From a bacterium (lineage in GTDB: Bacteria > Arandabacterota > Arandabacteria > Arandabacterales > JALGWA01): a stretch of 18,717 nucleotides of DNA. Of the stretch, positions 18,103 to 18,717 are shown piece by piece. Under the pieces are notes generated by a model, which saw only the letters and a program-made list of their open reading frames with translations, searched no databases and was not told the DNA's origin. A program made the position numbers and the translations under genes. The stretch's first letter is position 1; each line of letters begins with the position of its first letter. The stretch spans positions 1-18,717 of the forward strand of contig JASFEA010000061.1 in assembly GCA_050125095.1 (NCBI GenBank). The letters run 5' to 3'.

Positions 18103-18685
18103 CTTCTTCCTCCCCCGAATGCTTCGCCCTGTCTTCCGCTTTCTTCACGAAAGCGGGCTTGGGCGCGACTATCATGATAAGGGCGTGGCCCTCTCGCTTG
18201 GGCCTGACCTCAACGTTGGCTATTTCTTCGAGATCCTTGGCAACCCGGTCCATCACCCGCTGGCCTATATCGAGATGAGTAACTTCCCGTCCCCTGAATA
18301 TCAAGGAAAACTTGACCTTGTCATTGTGCTCCAGGAACCTGCGGGCGTGATTCATCTTGAATTCGTAGTCATGCTGCTCGATGCCCGGGCGCATCTTGAC
18401 TTCCTTGACATGCACGACATGCTGCTTCTTCTTGGCCTTGCGAGCCTTCTTGCTCTGCTCGTACTTGTACTTCCCGTAGTCCATGATACGGCATACGGGC
18501 GGGTTCGCGTTGGGCGAGACCATGACGAGATCATAACCCCTGTCTCTGGCTGTCTCCAGCGCGTCCCTTGAGCTCATCACGCCGAGCATCTCCCCGGTCT
18601 CGTCGATGAGCCTTATCTGAGGAACCCTGATCCTCTCGTTGATCCTTACTTCCTTTTTCGTGCTCTTGCTCACGGCCTTTCTGAT
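18089..18685 (-). CDS. infC: Translation initiation factor IF-3, probable ATC start
   Basis: [72 protein letters not shown] (18693-18699) is 7 nt from an in-frame ATC at 18685; the track's GTG at 18694 lies inside the SD. Confidence 0.96.
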   Translation of the reverse strand: MRKAVSKSTKKEVRINERIRVPQIRLIDETGEMLGVMSSRDALETARDRGYDLVMVSPNANPPVCRIMDYGKYKYEQSKKARKAKKKQHVVHVKEVKMRPGIEQHDYEFKMNHARRFLEHNDKVKFSLIFRGREVTHLDIGQRVMDRVAKDLEEIANVEVRPKREGHALIMIVAPKPAFVKKAEDRAKHSGEEEDAKD

Positions 18686-18697
18686 TGTGCCCACCTC

Positions 18698-18717
18698 CTA
18701 ATCGAGCGAACGAGTCT
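18698..18717 (-). CDS. Probable 3' end of an upstream gene (...TRSLD*), by synteny possibly thrS
   Basis: Only about 6 codons are visible, ending in a TAG that overlaps the infC SD. thrS-infC adjacency is common. Identity is not testable here. Confidence 0.25.

Noticed and set aside
2176..18571. Other long plus-strand and alternate-frame ORFs (e.g. 4028-4984, 8700-9554, 12643-13437, 15638-16720, 17302-18177)
   Set aside because: All overlap well-supported minus-strand housekeeping genes, and long shadow ORFs are expected at this GC content.

Overview
GC-rich bacterial chromosomal window. Every real gene I can support is on the minus strand. In transcription order: (probable last codons of thrS) - infC - rplT - pheS - pheT - ZapB-like coiled-coil protein - zapA - ~130-nt structured spacer (the usual 6S RNA position) - rny - ymdB - folD - xseA - xseB - ispA - dxs - nadK - recN - DUF362/2x[4Fe-4S] protein. 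A secreted, multidomain M14 (N/E-type) zinc carboxypeptidase follows under its own probable promoter; it runs off the left edge and is absent from the ORF track. The long plus-strand ORFs are antisense shadows. This is mostly housekeeping DNA, with no mobile element, CRISPR array or defence system. The real oddities are small-scale: (i) dxs has ACG where its start codon should be, behind a strong Shine-Dalgarno (SD); (ii) rpmI (L35) is missing between infC and rplT; (iii) infC most likely starts at ATC; (iv) a compact ~97-nt hairpin sits where 6S RNA is often found; (v) an AT-rich 11-bp tandem repeat made of TAG triplets lies between pheS and pheT. Gene order and peptidase architecture suggest an uncultured FCB-associated lineage (inference only). 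All family calls come from motif recognition by eye, not database searches.
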